The notes below the pieces were generated by a model. The model searched no databases. It saw only the letters and a list, made by a program, of their open reading frames with translations, and was not told where the DNA came from. From positions 1-38,384 of the forward strand of contig JASJQH010006922.1 in the NCBI GenBank assembly GCA_040143965.1: a stretch of 38,384 nt of DNA, given 5' to 3'. The translations under genes and the position numbers were made by a program. The stretch is from Basidiobolus ranarum. Taxonomy: Eukaryota. Of the stretch, positions 21,523 through 34,516 are shown in pieces (position 1 is the stretch's first letter; each line of letters begins with the position of its first letter).

Positions 21523-24500
21523 ATGCCGAAGTCCGACAATACACACAACACGCCTATCCTGCCATATCATACCTATGAGGTACGCAAAGTGGTCGAAGAA
21601 TTAAATACCGACACTGACGACGGTCTCACAACACAAGAAGTTAAATCTCGCACCGAAAAATATGGTCCGAACCAAATGAGTGGAGACAGTGGTGTGAGCC
21701 CTTGGAAAGTGCTATTACGCCAACTTGTCAACTATTTGACAGTTATCTTGATTCTTGCTATGGTAATGATTGTTGACATTCAACTATTTAATTGGTCAAG
21801 TTTCTAATCTTATACTTATTTAGTGCGTCGCTTTCTCCGCAAAAGATTGGGTAGAAGGTGGTGTCATTGCCTTTGTTATCGTTCTTAACACCACCATCGG
21901 ATTCTTACAGGAATATCGTGCCGAAAAAACCATGGACTCGCTTCGTAAGATGGCCTCTCCCACCTCTCATGTTATTCGCGATGGCAACCAAATTCATATC
22001 TCTACCACCGAAGTTGTTCCTGTAAGCATCTTATTGTAATTCAATAACACACTAGGTTTGTACTAACATTTCTTCAACCAATAGGGTGATGTCCTACTCT
22101 TCGAAAACGGAGATGTAATCGGTGCTGATTGCCGATTGTTTGAAAACTTTAATTTAGAAGTAGACGAGGCTTTACTCACAGGTGAATCCGTTCCTGTTCC
22201 CAAAACGTTGGAACTTGTCGAGAACCCTGAAGAGCCCATTGGCGACCGTCGCAACATGGTTTATGCCAGTACGACTGTCACCAAGGGCCGTGGAAAAGGG
22301 GTCGTGACCGCTACGGGTATGGATAGCGAAATCGGAAAAATAGCAAAGCGTCTGATGGAGAGCGAGAGTTCCGGTAAAACATCCTTACAACGGTCCCTAG
22401 ACAAAATGGCCTTGATACTATTCGGTTTAGCCATAGTTTTAGCCATTATTGTATTTGCTGTCAACAAGTTCAAAGTCTCAGAAGATATCGCGATTTATGC
22501 CATTTCGGTTGGTATTGCTGTAATTCCTGAAGGTCTTATCGCTGTCGTTACCTTAACAATGGCAGCTGGTGTTCGTAACATGGCTAAAAATAAAGCCATT
22601 GTCAGGCAATTGAGTGCCCTGGAGGCTTTGGGCTCGGTCACGAATATTTGTTCAGATAAGACAGGAACACTAACGCAGTCCAAGATGGTTTTGACCAAAG
22701 CATATCTCCCAGGTGATGGATTCTACGACGTAAGCGGAAAAGGATTCAATCCAGAAGGTGATCTCTTTCAGCTTGGAGAGCTTACTAGCGAAGAACTTGC
22801 TGAGGTTTCCTTATCCGGACCCAGCGCCACGGCTAGAAAAATTACTGAGGATAACATGTCTACCACAATGAAGCGAATGATTCAAGTTTCAGCCCTTTGT
22901 AACATGGCCATTGTCAAGAAGGATAAAAATACCGACCAGTGGGTTGGGATTGGAGATCCTACTGAAACTGCTCTACAGGTGTTCGCTACCAAGCTTGGAA
23001 GTGGAAAGCCTGGTCTAGTCAAAGAAGTAAATGGTCAAAGACCTCTGTTTGATATTCACGCTGAGTTTCCTTTCGACTCTACCGTTAAACGTATGAGCGT
23101 AGTTTATACCGAGGGAAATTCCGAAAAACACATTGCATATTTGAAAGGTGCCACCGAGAGAGTTGTAGATTGTTGTACACGTGTTCGAGTTGGTGATCGA
23201 GAAGTCGCCATTGAAAAGAGAGAAGAGCTCATGCAAATGATTGGAGGCAAAGTAGATCAGTTAGCCTCCAATGGCCTTCGTGTTCTCTCTCTTGCCTATC
23301 GCTACATTGAGCCTCAGCTTTCTGAAACTCATCCAGATTATTGGGAGCGCGAGCAAGTTGATAAAAACATGGTATTTTTGGGTTTGGTTGGAATTTATGA
23401 CCCACCTCGTGAGGAATCTAAAGAGGCTGTTCTAGAATGTTATAAAGCTGGAATTCGTGTACATATGTTGACTGGTGATCATCCAGCTACTGCTACCGCC
23501 ATCGCTAGAGAAGTCGCCATTCTACCCTCAGACTACAGTGCTGACAAGGAGGGTCCTAGACTAGTAATGACTGCAAACGAATTTGATTCTCTCTCTGATG
23601 CAGAGGTTGACGCGCTTTCCCAGTTACCACATGTTATTGCCCGTTGCAGTCCCGACACCAAGGTGAAGATGATTGAAGCGCTTCATAGACGCAACAAAGT
23701 TGCCGCTATGACCGGTGATGGTGTTAATGACTCTCCTAGTTTGAAGATTGCTAATATTGGTATTGCCATGGGCATGGGTGGATCTGACGTAGCCAAGAAC
23801 GCTTCTGATATCGTTCTTACAGATGACAATTTCTCCACCATTGTTCGAGCAGTTGAGGAAGGTCGACGCATCTTCGCCAATATCCAAAAGTTTGTCCTTC
23901 ATCTTATGTCCACCAATGTTTCGGAAATTATTGCCCTGATCGTTGGTCTTGCTTTCATTGATGTTGATGGTACTTCCGTTTACCCAATGTCTCCTGTACA
24001 GATTTTATTTTTGAACATGGTCACTAGTTCCCCACCAGCTATGTCACTAGGCCTAGAGCTAGCCAATCCATTGACTATGCGCATGCCTCCCAGACCTACT
24101 AAACGTGGCTTGTTTAATTATGAGGCCGTGGCAGATATCGTGCTCTACGGTGCGATGATGGGACTGATTGCCCTAGCCGATTTCATTATAGTGATTTACG
24201 GTTTTGGTAACGGATCATTGGGAAGAGAATGCAATCGTAACTATTCTGATAGCTGCGATGAAGTATTCAGGGCACGTGGTACAGTCTTTTCCACTCTTAC
24301 ATTACTTTTCCTCATCCATGCCTACAATTGCCGCAGTCTACGCCAACCTCAGTGGCTTCCCAAGGGTTGGAGTAGTTTATTCGAGAATAAGGCATTAGTT
24401 GGTAGTTTCACCCTCGGGACCCTATTTATCTTTCCCATTTTGTACATTCCATATCTCAATACCGATGTGTTCAAGCACAAGCCTCTTACTTGGGAATGGG

Positions 24501-24637
24501 GAGTGGTTGCAGTATCGGTGGTTATCTTTATTGTATTCTCAGAATTGTACAAGTTTCTTAAGAGGCGTTTCCTCAAAAGCCGAGTTATCGTCATGAATGA
24601 GAATGATGATAAGGAAGAGGAAGTCAGCGAAGACTAG
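21523..24637 (+). CDS. ENA1: ENA-type (P2D) Na+/K+-exporting P-type ATPase, 3 exons
   Basis: LTGES, IPEGL, CSDKTGTLT, GDPTE, KGA, MLTGDH, ENA-typical MIEALHRR and TGDGVNDSPSL; introns 21763-21823 and 22022-22084. Confidence 0.93.
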
Positions 24638-25373
24638 CCAAATCATTCATTCTTATAGTTAACGCTTTCATTTATATATATAGTTGATTCATAATAATTC
24701 GCATTCAATTTTACTCATTAATAAAACTAAGCTCGTATTCATAATACTCAAGTAATATATTCTCTACTTCAATAATCCGGAATGCCTGGAAGAGCATCAG
24801 AATATACTAACGGAATAGTAGGAAGAGTATCAAAGTACTGATATAATCGTTAATGCAATCGATCATTATCTCCAAATCGATATCCTGATGATCACCGTAT
24901 CGAAATAAAATCGATGAGAGGTGATTTAGTTAACACATATTGAATATTACGTAGCTACACTATCATGACGCAACTTAGAGAAAGTTTGCACGACACAGAA
25001 AGGGTTATACAAAATGTTATACAAACCCAGATAAACCTTAGCACTAACAGAGTTAGTTGATGACATGGTTGTATGACTTTCAAACTCAAACTGCGCATAA
25101 TACTGGTTGGCACTTATCGCAGAATCACATAGTTATCTTGACAAATCCATCTTTTGATAAGACGATTACTATCTAAAAGAATATAGAATAATCAGCAATA
25201 GCGTTAATAAAATCGTGGTTAATAAATCTTCACGATTACGTAGACCAGCCCCGTTTATGGTTAATATAATTTGTGGCTTGAAAAAGACAATGGTATAAAT
25301 AGTGTTTGAGACATTTGGCATCGTTTAGTTACTTAATAAATTCACTTGCACATCTGTGGAGCTTTATCGAAGA

Positions 25374-28300
25374 ATGTCCCGCTCTCAGACTCGTCGTATC
25401 CAAGACAAATTAGATTATCACTACAAGGCTGTCAAAGCCATCATACTGAATAGACAAAACCCTGTCACTGGCTTGATTCCTGCGTCTGTAGCCGTTACTA
25501 CACATGGTGATTATCGTGATGCTTGGGTTCGGTTAGCACTTCTTTAACATATTTCTTACGTCTTCCGGATTTAACTAACCTTCTTCGCAGAGATAATGTA
25601 TACTCTATAATGGCCGTTTATGGTCTTGCACTTGCATACCGGAAGATTGATGATGATGATGGCCGTACTCGTAAGTTTAATCCTGTAGACTGAGAAGTAT
25701 GCTTGCTCTTCTAACATAGGACTTTCTTTGATTTAGACGAGCTTGAACACTCTGTCATAAAATTGATGCGTGGACTCTTATTTTCCATGATGCGTCAGGC
25801 ACAAAAGGTGGAGGTTTTCAAGCACACACAGGGCCTTATGGACGCACTCCATGCTAAATATAATACCAACACTGGTGATGTAGTGGTGGGCGATGCCGAA
25901 TGGGGCCACTTACAAATTGATGCCACCAGTTTGTTTCTGTTAACTTTGGCGCAGATGACTGCTAGTGGCCTAAGCATTGTGTATACACAGGATGAGGTGG
26001 ATTTTGTCCAAAACTTGGTATTCTATATAGAACGTGCCTATCGTACTCCTGATTATGGTATTTGGGAGCGTGGTAACAAAATCAATCATGGTGAGGCTGA
26101 ATTAAACTCCTCTTCCATTGGAATGGCTGTAGCAGCCCTTCAAGCCATTAATGGAGTTAACTTGTTCGGGCCTAAAGGCGGCCCTTCCTCTGTAATTCAT
26201 GTTCTTCCTGACGAATTCACTCGTAATTTCAACACTTTACACTCAGCTCTTCCACGTGAGTCCAATTCCAAGGAAATCGATGCTGCCATCTTATCCGTTA
26301 TTGGTTTCCCCGCGTTTGCTGTCGCTGACCCTGCTCTTGTTGAGAAAACACGTAATGATATCATCAACAAGCTTGGAGGCAAATATGGATGTAAACGCTT
26401 CTTGCGTGATGGCCATCAGTCTGTTCTAGAGGATAACTCTCGCCAATACTATAATGCACAAGAGTTAGAGATTTTTGAGCATATTGAATGTGAATGGCCA
26501 CTGTTCTTCACTTATTTGATTTTAGATGGTCTGTTCTTGGGAGATGATGATTTAGTAGAGCGCTATAAAGATGCCATTGAACCTTTGATCGTTGATTCAA
26601 TCGAACTCGAACATTTTGGAGAGTGTGTAGGTGATCCAGAAGTCGCGTCTGGCCGTGTTCCTCCCAAGACCCCTCCTCTTTCCCCCCGAGCTCGTGAAAG
26701 TTTCCCTTTGATCCCAGAGTTGTACAAAGTTCCCAGGGAATTAGTTGAAGCTGAAAAAGCAAATCCTGGCTCTCAAGCCCGAGTACCCAATGACAACGTC
26801 CCTCTTGTTTGGGCGAATTCTCTATATATTCTAGGAAATCTTATCTATGACAAACTTCTTTCAGTCTCTGAGGTCGATCCTCTTGGAAGACGATTCAATG
26901 CTCAGCGCACACATTATGCTGATACCGTTGTCCAAATCGCCCTGGTTGCCGAAGATTCTACATTACAATCTCAATTGGCCACTTACGGGCTAGAAACTCA
27001 GACATTCGAACAAGTCAGTCCGATCACCATATCCCCTCCTACCGCGTTGAAGGAGGTATACACTACTTTAGGAATGAATGAAAAACTCGGTCTCTCCGGA
27101 AGACCTGGAAGTCCAATTGGAACCCTTGGTACTAGTAAGATCTATCGTGTTCAAGGACAACTTCACGCGTTCACACCCAATTTCATGGACAAGGAGAAGT
27201 TCTATCTATCCTCTGACAACGATTACTTGGTTTCAGTATTTGAACATGAGCTTTCTTTCGTTCAACAGCATTGGTTCTATCCAGGCAGACCTACGATGGT
27301 GATTCTTCTTACGCATGAAATGTTCCATGGAGAGCAACTTCCTGCCGCTTCATCTCAACATTTGAGAACTGATATTGAAGATCAGAATGAAAAGCAATGG
27401 CGTAGAAATGCTCTAGGATGGAGTAGTAAGCGCAACTTGATGAACTTTATGATGACTCTACGCACTGGAAAGTGCCATGGTGTTCGGGTTAAACTAGGAA
27501 GATTGAATGAGATGATCAATACCAGCTGTATCGAGAGTCTTGACTTTTTGATCAATAAGAATCAAGTTGACTGGCAGGCTACTTTACGTGGCTGTAATAG
27601 TGGTGAGTCAGGCGTTAGACTCCGATCCAATTCCAAACGTTCTGGATCCAGAAGAAGGTCCATTCAAAGAACAAGATCTGGCATTTGGTCTAGTTCCAAC
27701 CTATTGACTCCCCTTATCCAGACCGAGAAGTCTGCTGAACAGGACTACTTTGGTATTCAGACTAAAGAAAGTGATGTCTTGGGTATCAATTCTCAAGTTG
27801 CAAACACCAACGAACCTGATGCCACTGAAGATAGTGAGTCAGATCCAGAATCAGCCATTACTGTGGACATGCTCGCATTGACGCTTGGAGATGCCACTCA
27901 AGTTCCGGCCGCGTTGTCTCTACTTAGTTCCACTACCAATATGTTCGACCAGATGGATCTTTTGCATTATTTGCATTCTTGCCATGGGTCAGAATTCTAT
28001 GTTGAAACTCTTATGGCTACGGTGGGTGTGTTGGTGGAAGAAATCTACAAAAAAGCACTTCAATTCAAACTATGGGGAATTGTTCGTCAAGCCGCAGGAC
28101 TTTTAAAGAAGGTAGTTGGTTCCCTCACCATCAATTTAACCGATTTGGTTATCTGTCAAAAGGAAGTGACTATTGGCTCGGGTGAAAATGAGATCTTCAT
28201 TAGATCTCCTCTAACTCCTGAAGCTCTCACCGACATTATTTATTCTCGTAGTGCAGATGATGTTCGTGAAGCCTCTTTGGTTCAGGAAATCCTCACTTAC

Positions 28301-29623
28301 CTTGGTAGCTTTATGCGTGCTGATCCACAATTATTCGAGGGTATCATGCGACTTAGAACACACTCTATCGTCATTGCTTTACGCGAGGAGATCTCCAGAA
28401 TGAAGGGTTGTGATGAGGAAGAGGCTGTCGAGCAATTAATTGAACTTAGTCCATATGAACTCAAATCACTTCTCGGCACCATCCTCAGTGGGCCCAACCT
28501 AAGCAGTAGTAGCGATGAAACTATTACGAGAAAAAACCAGCAGATTGGTAAACACTGGCGTAACGTTTGTGTCGTAGATAAGTCATGCAGTAAATCCCTA
28601 CTAAGCATCAGGGTTCAATCTGGAGGCTATTCTGATGGAAATTTCTCCCGAATTGTTATCAACGATAATTCTATCAACATCGAGAATCGTGGACTGAACG
28701 TCGTAGTGGTCGATCCGGTAGAGGGTATCATTCTCGAGACCACTAGCTTCGATACTCATATCTCGGAGAATGATGCCGAGGACTTTGTCAAACTTATTGA
28801 ATGGCTTGAACCTGGAACTGTGGTGGTGATTTCTGCTAAAGATGACTTTATTGAGCATTTAACCTTAAATGCTAGACTTGCTATTGAAGGTTTGGGTAGT
28901 AAATATATTGAGCATGTCAGATACAGAGACTCGTGGTGCTTGATCGGTGAAAAGGGAATTGCCAAAGGATCTGCAAAAGAGGCCCACCAGAAAGCTGGAA
29001 GTGGGGCTACGGAAGTTGTGCAAAAGGTATATGACCTTTCTACCTACAAAAATGCCAGTTCTTTCAAGACTTCGTCGCAGCATGGACCCTCTAACGGCCG
29101 CTGGTTACGTAGACGTAAGAACGACGGTGCATTTAATCGTGTACCCAAGGACTTTTATCCCAAGGTATGGAAAGTGCTTGAAAGCTCCCGAGGAATTCGT
29201 GTTGGGGAGTATTTCCTTCCCAGAGATCCTACCGTTTCTGAGAAAACTCCTGAAGAATTCAACTTTGCTCGTGAAGTGGAGAGGTTCCTTGATTGTATCC
29301 TTGATCCTGCAGAACGTCAGATCGCTGTTGAGTGCTTACTAGTTGTATATAAATTCCTTGCCAATGAAGGCAGAATGGAATCCAAAGAGATTGATCTCAT
29401 CAAGATCATGAATAACTCTATTGCGTCACTCTGGGAGTTGTGGGTTAAAGAGCATGGTGAAGACTTGAAAAAATCCATTCCTGATCAAAAGCAGGCCGAC
29501 CTTTCGCTGGAAAACAATCAAAGCATAGCACGTAGAATTTTCTTTGATCTTCCCCGAAGTGGTGAAAATAGTGCAGAATATTATTTAATGAAAGCTGCTC
29601 AAGAAGTAAATGCTCATCATTAA
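25374..29623 (+). CDS. Phosphorylase kinase alpha/beta-like regulatory subunit (GH15-like N-terminus) with inserted ILEI/GG-type domain, 3 exons
   Basis: QNPVTGLIPAS, DAWVRDNVY, LMRGLLFSMMRQAQKVEVFK, LHAKY, EWGHLQIDATS, AYRTPDYGIWERGNK, LPRESNSKEIDA, YGCKRFLRDGH, IECEWPLF and C-terminal WLRRRKNDGAFNRVPKDFYPKVW match PHKA/PHKB motifs. Confidence 0.9.
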
Positions 29624-30179
29624 TGTACATACTCTCATATCATCTCCTTTTAAAAATAAACGAATCTAGAACAACAAACTTATAAATAACCCCTTCTAAA
29701 AATACGTTCTTCTTAATATGGGATTAAGTTCACCTGACGATATGATGTGTGAATATAATATATTTGATACAATGAATCCCAATACAACACCAACTCTCCA
29801 TTTACTAAAATCGTTCAACTGAGAGCACGTTTACCAAGTGACACCACAACCTGTACTAGTTTGGTAAATCCTCCTTAATTTTGTTTTTTCACAATAATTC
29901 ATGGCTCGTTTCTTAATAATTTATAAGTGAGGCAGGAGGTAATAGATATTGAAAGTTCTCATCAAACATTCCTCAGTAATTATTCGTGCTACTTGAACAT
30001 GCACGCCCCGGTTTATTTGGTAATAAGGCAATTATCACTCAATTCCATCCTTGAGTTGCACTGTGCTATTTGATTCCTATTTTGTAATTACCCTCAAAAA
30101 ATCTTCCACAACGATTATTTATATCTATCTCTTCGTATTCATCCTCACCTCGTTCTATTCAACTATATTTTTCAAAGAT

Positions 30180-31135
30180 ATGAACCTAAGAAGAGCTGCA
30201 CTACTACAATTGGCGCTTATTGTGTTGGGCGTTATTTTGATTTCCACACTAATAATACAAGAGCCTAGTTCAACAGCAGCATGCCTTGGTAAGATATGTC
30301 AGTTGTTATTATATTAGATCAAATTTATTTACTTTTGCCTTTAGGAAGCGAGTGTCTCCATAACACACAGAAGTCATATCAATATACCATTGTTACAGCC
30401 GCCAGCTCTAATCACTTTTGCCCGTTGCTTGGATTCCTGTACAGTATATCAGATACCTTGAGGTTGTTACCTAGTGACGAACAGCCTCGCATAGTTGTGT
30501 ATGATCTGGGTCTTTCACCGGAAGAACGATTCAAACTTAACAACATCACTGAAAATGGCTATGCCACTGAGGTAGTCTCTTTTGATTACTCCAAGTATCC
30601 GTCGTTTTGGAACATCAAAGCGAAACGAGGAGAGTATGCTTGGAAAACTGGAATCATCAATGAAGTAGGCGAAAAACATCCTGGCGTTGTCTTGTGGATG
30701 GATTCAGGTGATCGCGCTACACCATCATTTCTACGCTCAGTGGTTGCACATATCACAAAGAATGGCTACTATAGTCCTACAAGCACTGGTTTCATGGGGG
30801 AGTTTACACATCCCGGAATGTACAAGTATTTCAAAGCACCAGAAAGTCGATACTCTCATATCAAGAACTGTAACGGTGCATTCATTGGATACGACTCCCG
30901 CAATGAAACCATCATGAGTACCTTGATTCGCCCGTTCTTGGATTGTGCCAAGGTCAAAAAATGTATAGCCCCACCGGGCTCAAGTAGAATTAATCATCGA
31001 CAGGATCAATCAGTATTTACGTATCTGGTCATCTCTCGTGGATGGAGATGCCGGAATGAGGAGGGCCTTGAGGGTCTCTCAATACATCAAGACGACGATT
31101 GTAAAGCTCAAATTGTTATTCACGAACGTATTTGA
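30180..31135 (+). CDS. DUF1647-like type II membrane protein (putative glycosyltransferase-like), 2 exons
   Basis: N-terminal TM anchor, intron 30289-30344, then IVTAASSNHF, IVVYDLGL, FDYSKYP, YAWKTGII, VLWMDSG, CIAPPGS, HRQDQS. Confidence 0.7.
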
Positions 31136-31421
31136 ATCAAGTCTATAACACCAACTGTACTATATATTCGCACCTTTTCCCTTATTCACACATTAATCAT
31201 TAGATAGAATCTCCCTAGAATAAATAAAATTAATATTTCCTATGTGTGCTTGTATTGATTCTATAAGTTAACCTCTACTAACACTACAGACCGCTCTGAG
31301 CTTAATAAAAGCATTTGGAGCTTTTAAGAATAAATCACTCTTTTATTTAGCACAAATATTGGTTTTGCTCAAAATTACATTGATGAAAGATTGTCTATGT
31401 TATGTGAAAGTACATGGAAGT

Positions 31422-32060
31422 CTATTTGACCTTGCAGCCATCGGTGGTGGAATCGGTCAGTACCTGTTGTTCCTTTGACTGATCTTGTTCCTTGGTCTGC
31501 TCTAATTGTTGAGCCTGTTGGTGTAACTTGCCTTCTTCTTGAGCCAAAACGGTTGGAAGCCATTCGAGCATGCCATCTCCACTTCCTTCATTGGGAGTTA
31601 ATTTTTGAACGTCCTCACCTTGTTCTTTCATCAAATCCTCCACGTTTACACCGCCCTCACGGAACCAACCAAGGTTATCTGCGATCAAATGACGATTCTG
31701 GCAACCATCACATTGGATAAGCACCACTCCTTGAGTATAGGCCATCTTTGACATAAATTTATGTTGGCGATGTTTACATACTTTACAAGTAAATCCAATT
31801 AGTAAACGACCAGGGATAGCTGGTTCAGGTTTCTCTGGTAAAGCTTGATCTAGTTTAGACTTTTCTTCATATAGAAAAGAGTTATGATGAAATAAGGAAG
31901 TTGGTTGAAAACGGAGTGGATATTTTGTTATCCTATAGATTGGCTGTAATGGACGCGTAGCTAAAGATATCCCTCTATTGGAATTTTTTATAAGGTTGGG
32001 GAGGAGTATCTTGCTGAGAGATTTAGGTGAAGTGCATTGCTTGGAAAAGTATCTAAACAT
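31422..32060 (-). CDS. ZIM17: Mitochondrial DNL-type zinc finger Hsp70 escort protein (Zim17/Tim15/DNLZ)
   Basis: Presequence, then FTCKVC...SKMAYTQGVVLIQCDGCQNRHLIADNLGWF. Confidence 0.93.
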   Translation of the reverse strand: MFRYFSKQCTSPKSLSKILLPNLIKNSNRGISLATRPLQPIYRITKYPLRFQPTSLFHHNSFLYEEKSKLDQALPEKPEPAIPGRLLIGFTCKVCKHRQHKFMSKMAYTQGVVLIQCDGCQNRHLIADNLGWFREGGVNVEDLMKEQGEDVQKLTPNEGSGDGMLEWLPTVLAQEEGKLHQQAQQLEQTKEQDQSKEQQVLTDSTTDGCKVK

Positions 32061-32844
32061 GGTGGGCTTTGAAATGTGTAAGTAGAAGAGGATTAAAATT
32101 TTCTACCTATTATACCAGTTAGAATATACTTGGGGATTCCTTGACCATCAAGACTGCTAAAAATTTTACAAAAATTCAATGCTCAATCCAATAAACAGAT
32201 ACTTCAACTGCGGTAAAGACAAAGTTGAAAATTTAATCATTCTTCTAAGTGATTACTCAGCTATAGGTAGAATTCCCACCCTAAGCATCATCGGTAACAC
32301 TCGGATCAGTTTACTCAAAGTAGGGTGTTTTAACATCAACGAAAATATGTCATTAACCAAGAGAAATACGGGTATTTGGTCTCAAAACTTAGAGCCTTTC
32401 AATTGGTTAATCTTTAAGCAGGAAGATGGCATATTGCAATCGCAGTTGAGGGAACCACTGCTTTTTAAGCCACCATCACGAGTACCTTCCCTTGGAGAAT
32501 TTAATTGGTGAACTGGTTGCGGAGTATATGCTAGAGTACTGGATAGATATGATCAGTCATTGTGCAGTAATTTATCCATTTCAATGACTAAATAAGGTGG
32601 GAAAATACGAACTGAACGTTACACAAGGCATTAGTAGTAGACCCTCTGTAGTAAACCTAACCCACCCCCGATGTTGGTGAGGAAATTTTGGGGATCCAAG
32701 TGATATTGTGGGTATATGGCCTAATCGCGTTGCTGACATATCCAACGCCCTCCAATGAATCAATTTTCATCAGTAGAGAATAAAACTCCTTTCACTCAAT
32801 AATTTCTGAACCTTAATCCTTACCCTCTCTTTATTCAATTCAAT

Positions 32845-34516
32845 ATGTTGAGGCACCTCGCTAATAAGGGCTCCCTTTTCGCAGTAAGTCCATTTTTTCT
32901 TGACTTCATTTCCCAAATACATTTGGTCTTGGGTAGTACAAATATTTACTAACTTTTTTATACTGACAATAGGCTCAAACTCAAATCACAACTTTGAGAG
33001 CCCCAGTTTTATTAGGTTCAGTCCGTCGTCTTTACAGTACCCAAGGTTAGTTCTTTTTTGGAATCCAAAGCTATTGTTATCTATCGAGGTGACTCATTTG
33101 GGTCTTCTTTTCATAGAGGAGCATGACGTAGTAGTTATTGGTGGTGGTCCAGGTGGTTACGTTGCTGCTATTAAAGCCGCTCAACTTGGACTCAAAACTG
33201 CTTGCATCGAGAAGCGTGGCTCCTTGGGTGGTACCTGCTTAAACGTTGGCTGTATCCCTTCCAAGGCTCTTCTCAACAACTCTCATATTTATCACCAAAC
33301 TCAACATGACCTTAAGAAGCGTGGTATCGAAGTGGAAGGTGTCAAACTCAACCTTGATACTATGATGAAAGCCAAGGAAAAGTCAGTTACCGGATTAACC
33401 AAGGGTATTGAATTCTTATTCAAGAAGAATAAGGTCGATTACATTAAGGGAACAGGTAAATTCGTTTCCGCTCACGAGATCGAAGTTGATACCTTAGATG
33501 GTAAGAAGGAAAAAATTCAAGCCAAGAATATTATCATTGCTACCGGCTCGGAGCCTTCCCCTTTCCCTGGTATCGAGGTGGACGAAAAGCAGGTTGTTAC
33601 CTCTACCGGAGCTCTCTCTTTGGAAAAGGTACCCGAGAAGATGATTGTCATCGGTGGTGGTGTCATCGGTCTTGAAATGGGCTCTGTATGGAGTCGCCTT
33701 GGTGCCGATGTCACCGTGGTAGAATATTTGGGAGCCATCGGAGGTGGTATGGATGCCGAAATCGCCAAGAATTTCCAAAAGACTTTAAGCAAGCAAGGCT
33801 TCAAATTCAAGTTGAACACCAAGGTTCTTAACACCGAAAAGAAAGACGGAAAAGTTATCGTTAACGTGGAGTCAGCCAAGGGTGGTAAACCCGAATCTCT
33901 TGAAGCTGATGTTGTTCTTCTTTCTATCGGTCGTCGTCCCTACACCGAAGGTCTCGGCTTGGAGAATATTGGTGTTGAGGTAGATGAGAGAGGTCGTGTC
34001 AAGATTGATAAAGAATTCAAGACCAATTTGTCTCATATTAAATGTATCGGTGATGTTACTTACGGTGCCATGTTGGCCCACAAAGCTGAAGAAGAAGGTA
34101 TCGCTGCCGTTGAGTACATTGCTGGAGGACACGGTCACGTCAACTATGATGTCATCCCCTCCGTTGTCTACACCCATCCCGAAGTTGCTTGGTGCGGAAA
34201 GAACGAGGAACAGCTTAAGAAGGAAGACATCACATACAAGGTTGGCTCATTCCCCTTCTCCGCCAACTCCCGTGCCAAGACCAATGATGATGCTGACGGT
34301 ATGATCAAGATTCTTTCTGATGCTGAGACTGACCGTATCCTCGGAGCTCATATCATCGGTCCTAATGCCGGTGAAATGATTGCCGAGGCTGTTCTTGCTA
34401 TGGAATACGGTGCCTCTTCTGAAGATGTTGCACGTACTTGTCACGCCCATCCTACTTTGAGTGAAGCATTCAAGGAAGCTTGTATGGCCGTTTATGACAA
34501 ACCTATTCACTCTTGA
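32845..34516 (+). CDS. LPD1: Mitochondrial dihydrolipoamide dehydrogenase (E3), 3 exons
   Basis: ATG 32845 and two small presequence exons, then [46 protein letters not shown] and HAHPTLSEA. Confidence 0.97.

Noticed and set aside
18671-24637. P450 plus transporter as a secondary-metabolite cluster
   Set aside because: No backbone synthase nearby; the transporter is a cation pump and the neighbours are housekeeping genes.
32179-32763. 110-aa and 60-aa ORFs between ZIM17 and LPD1
   Set aside because: No recognisable motifs; they lie in a divergent promoter region and are probably chance ORFs.
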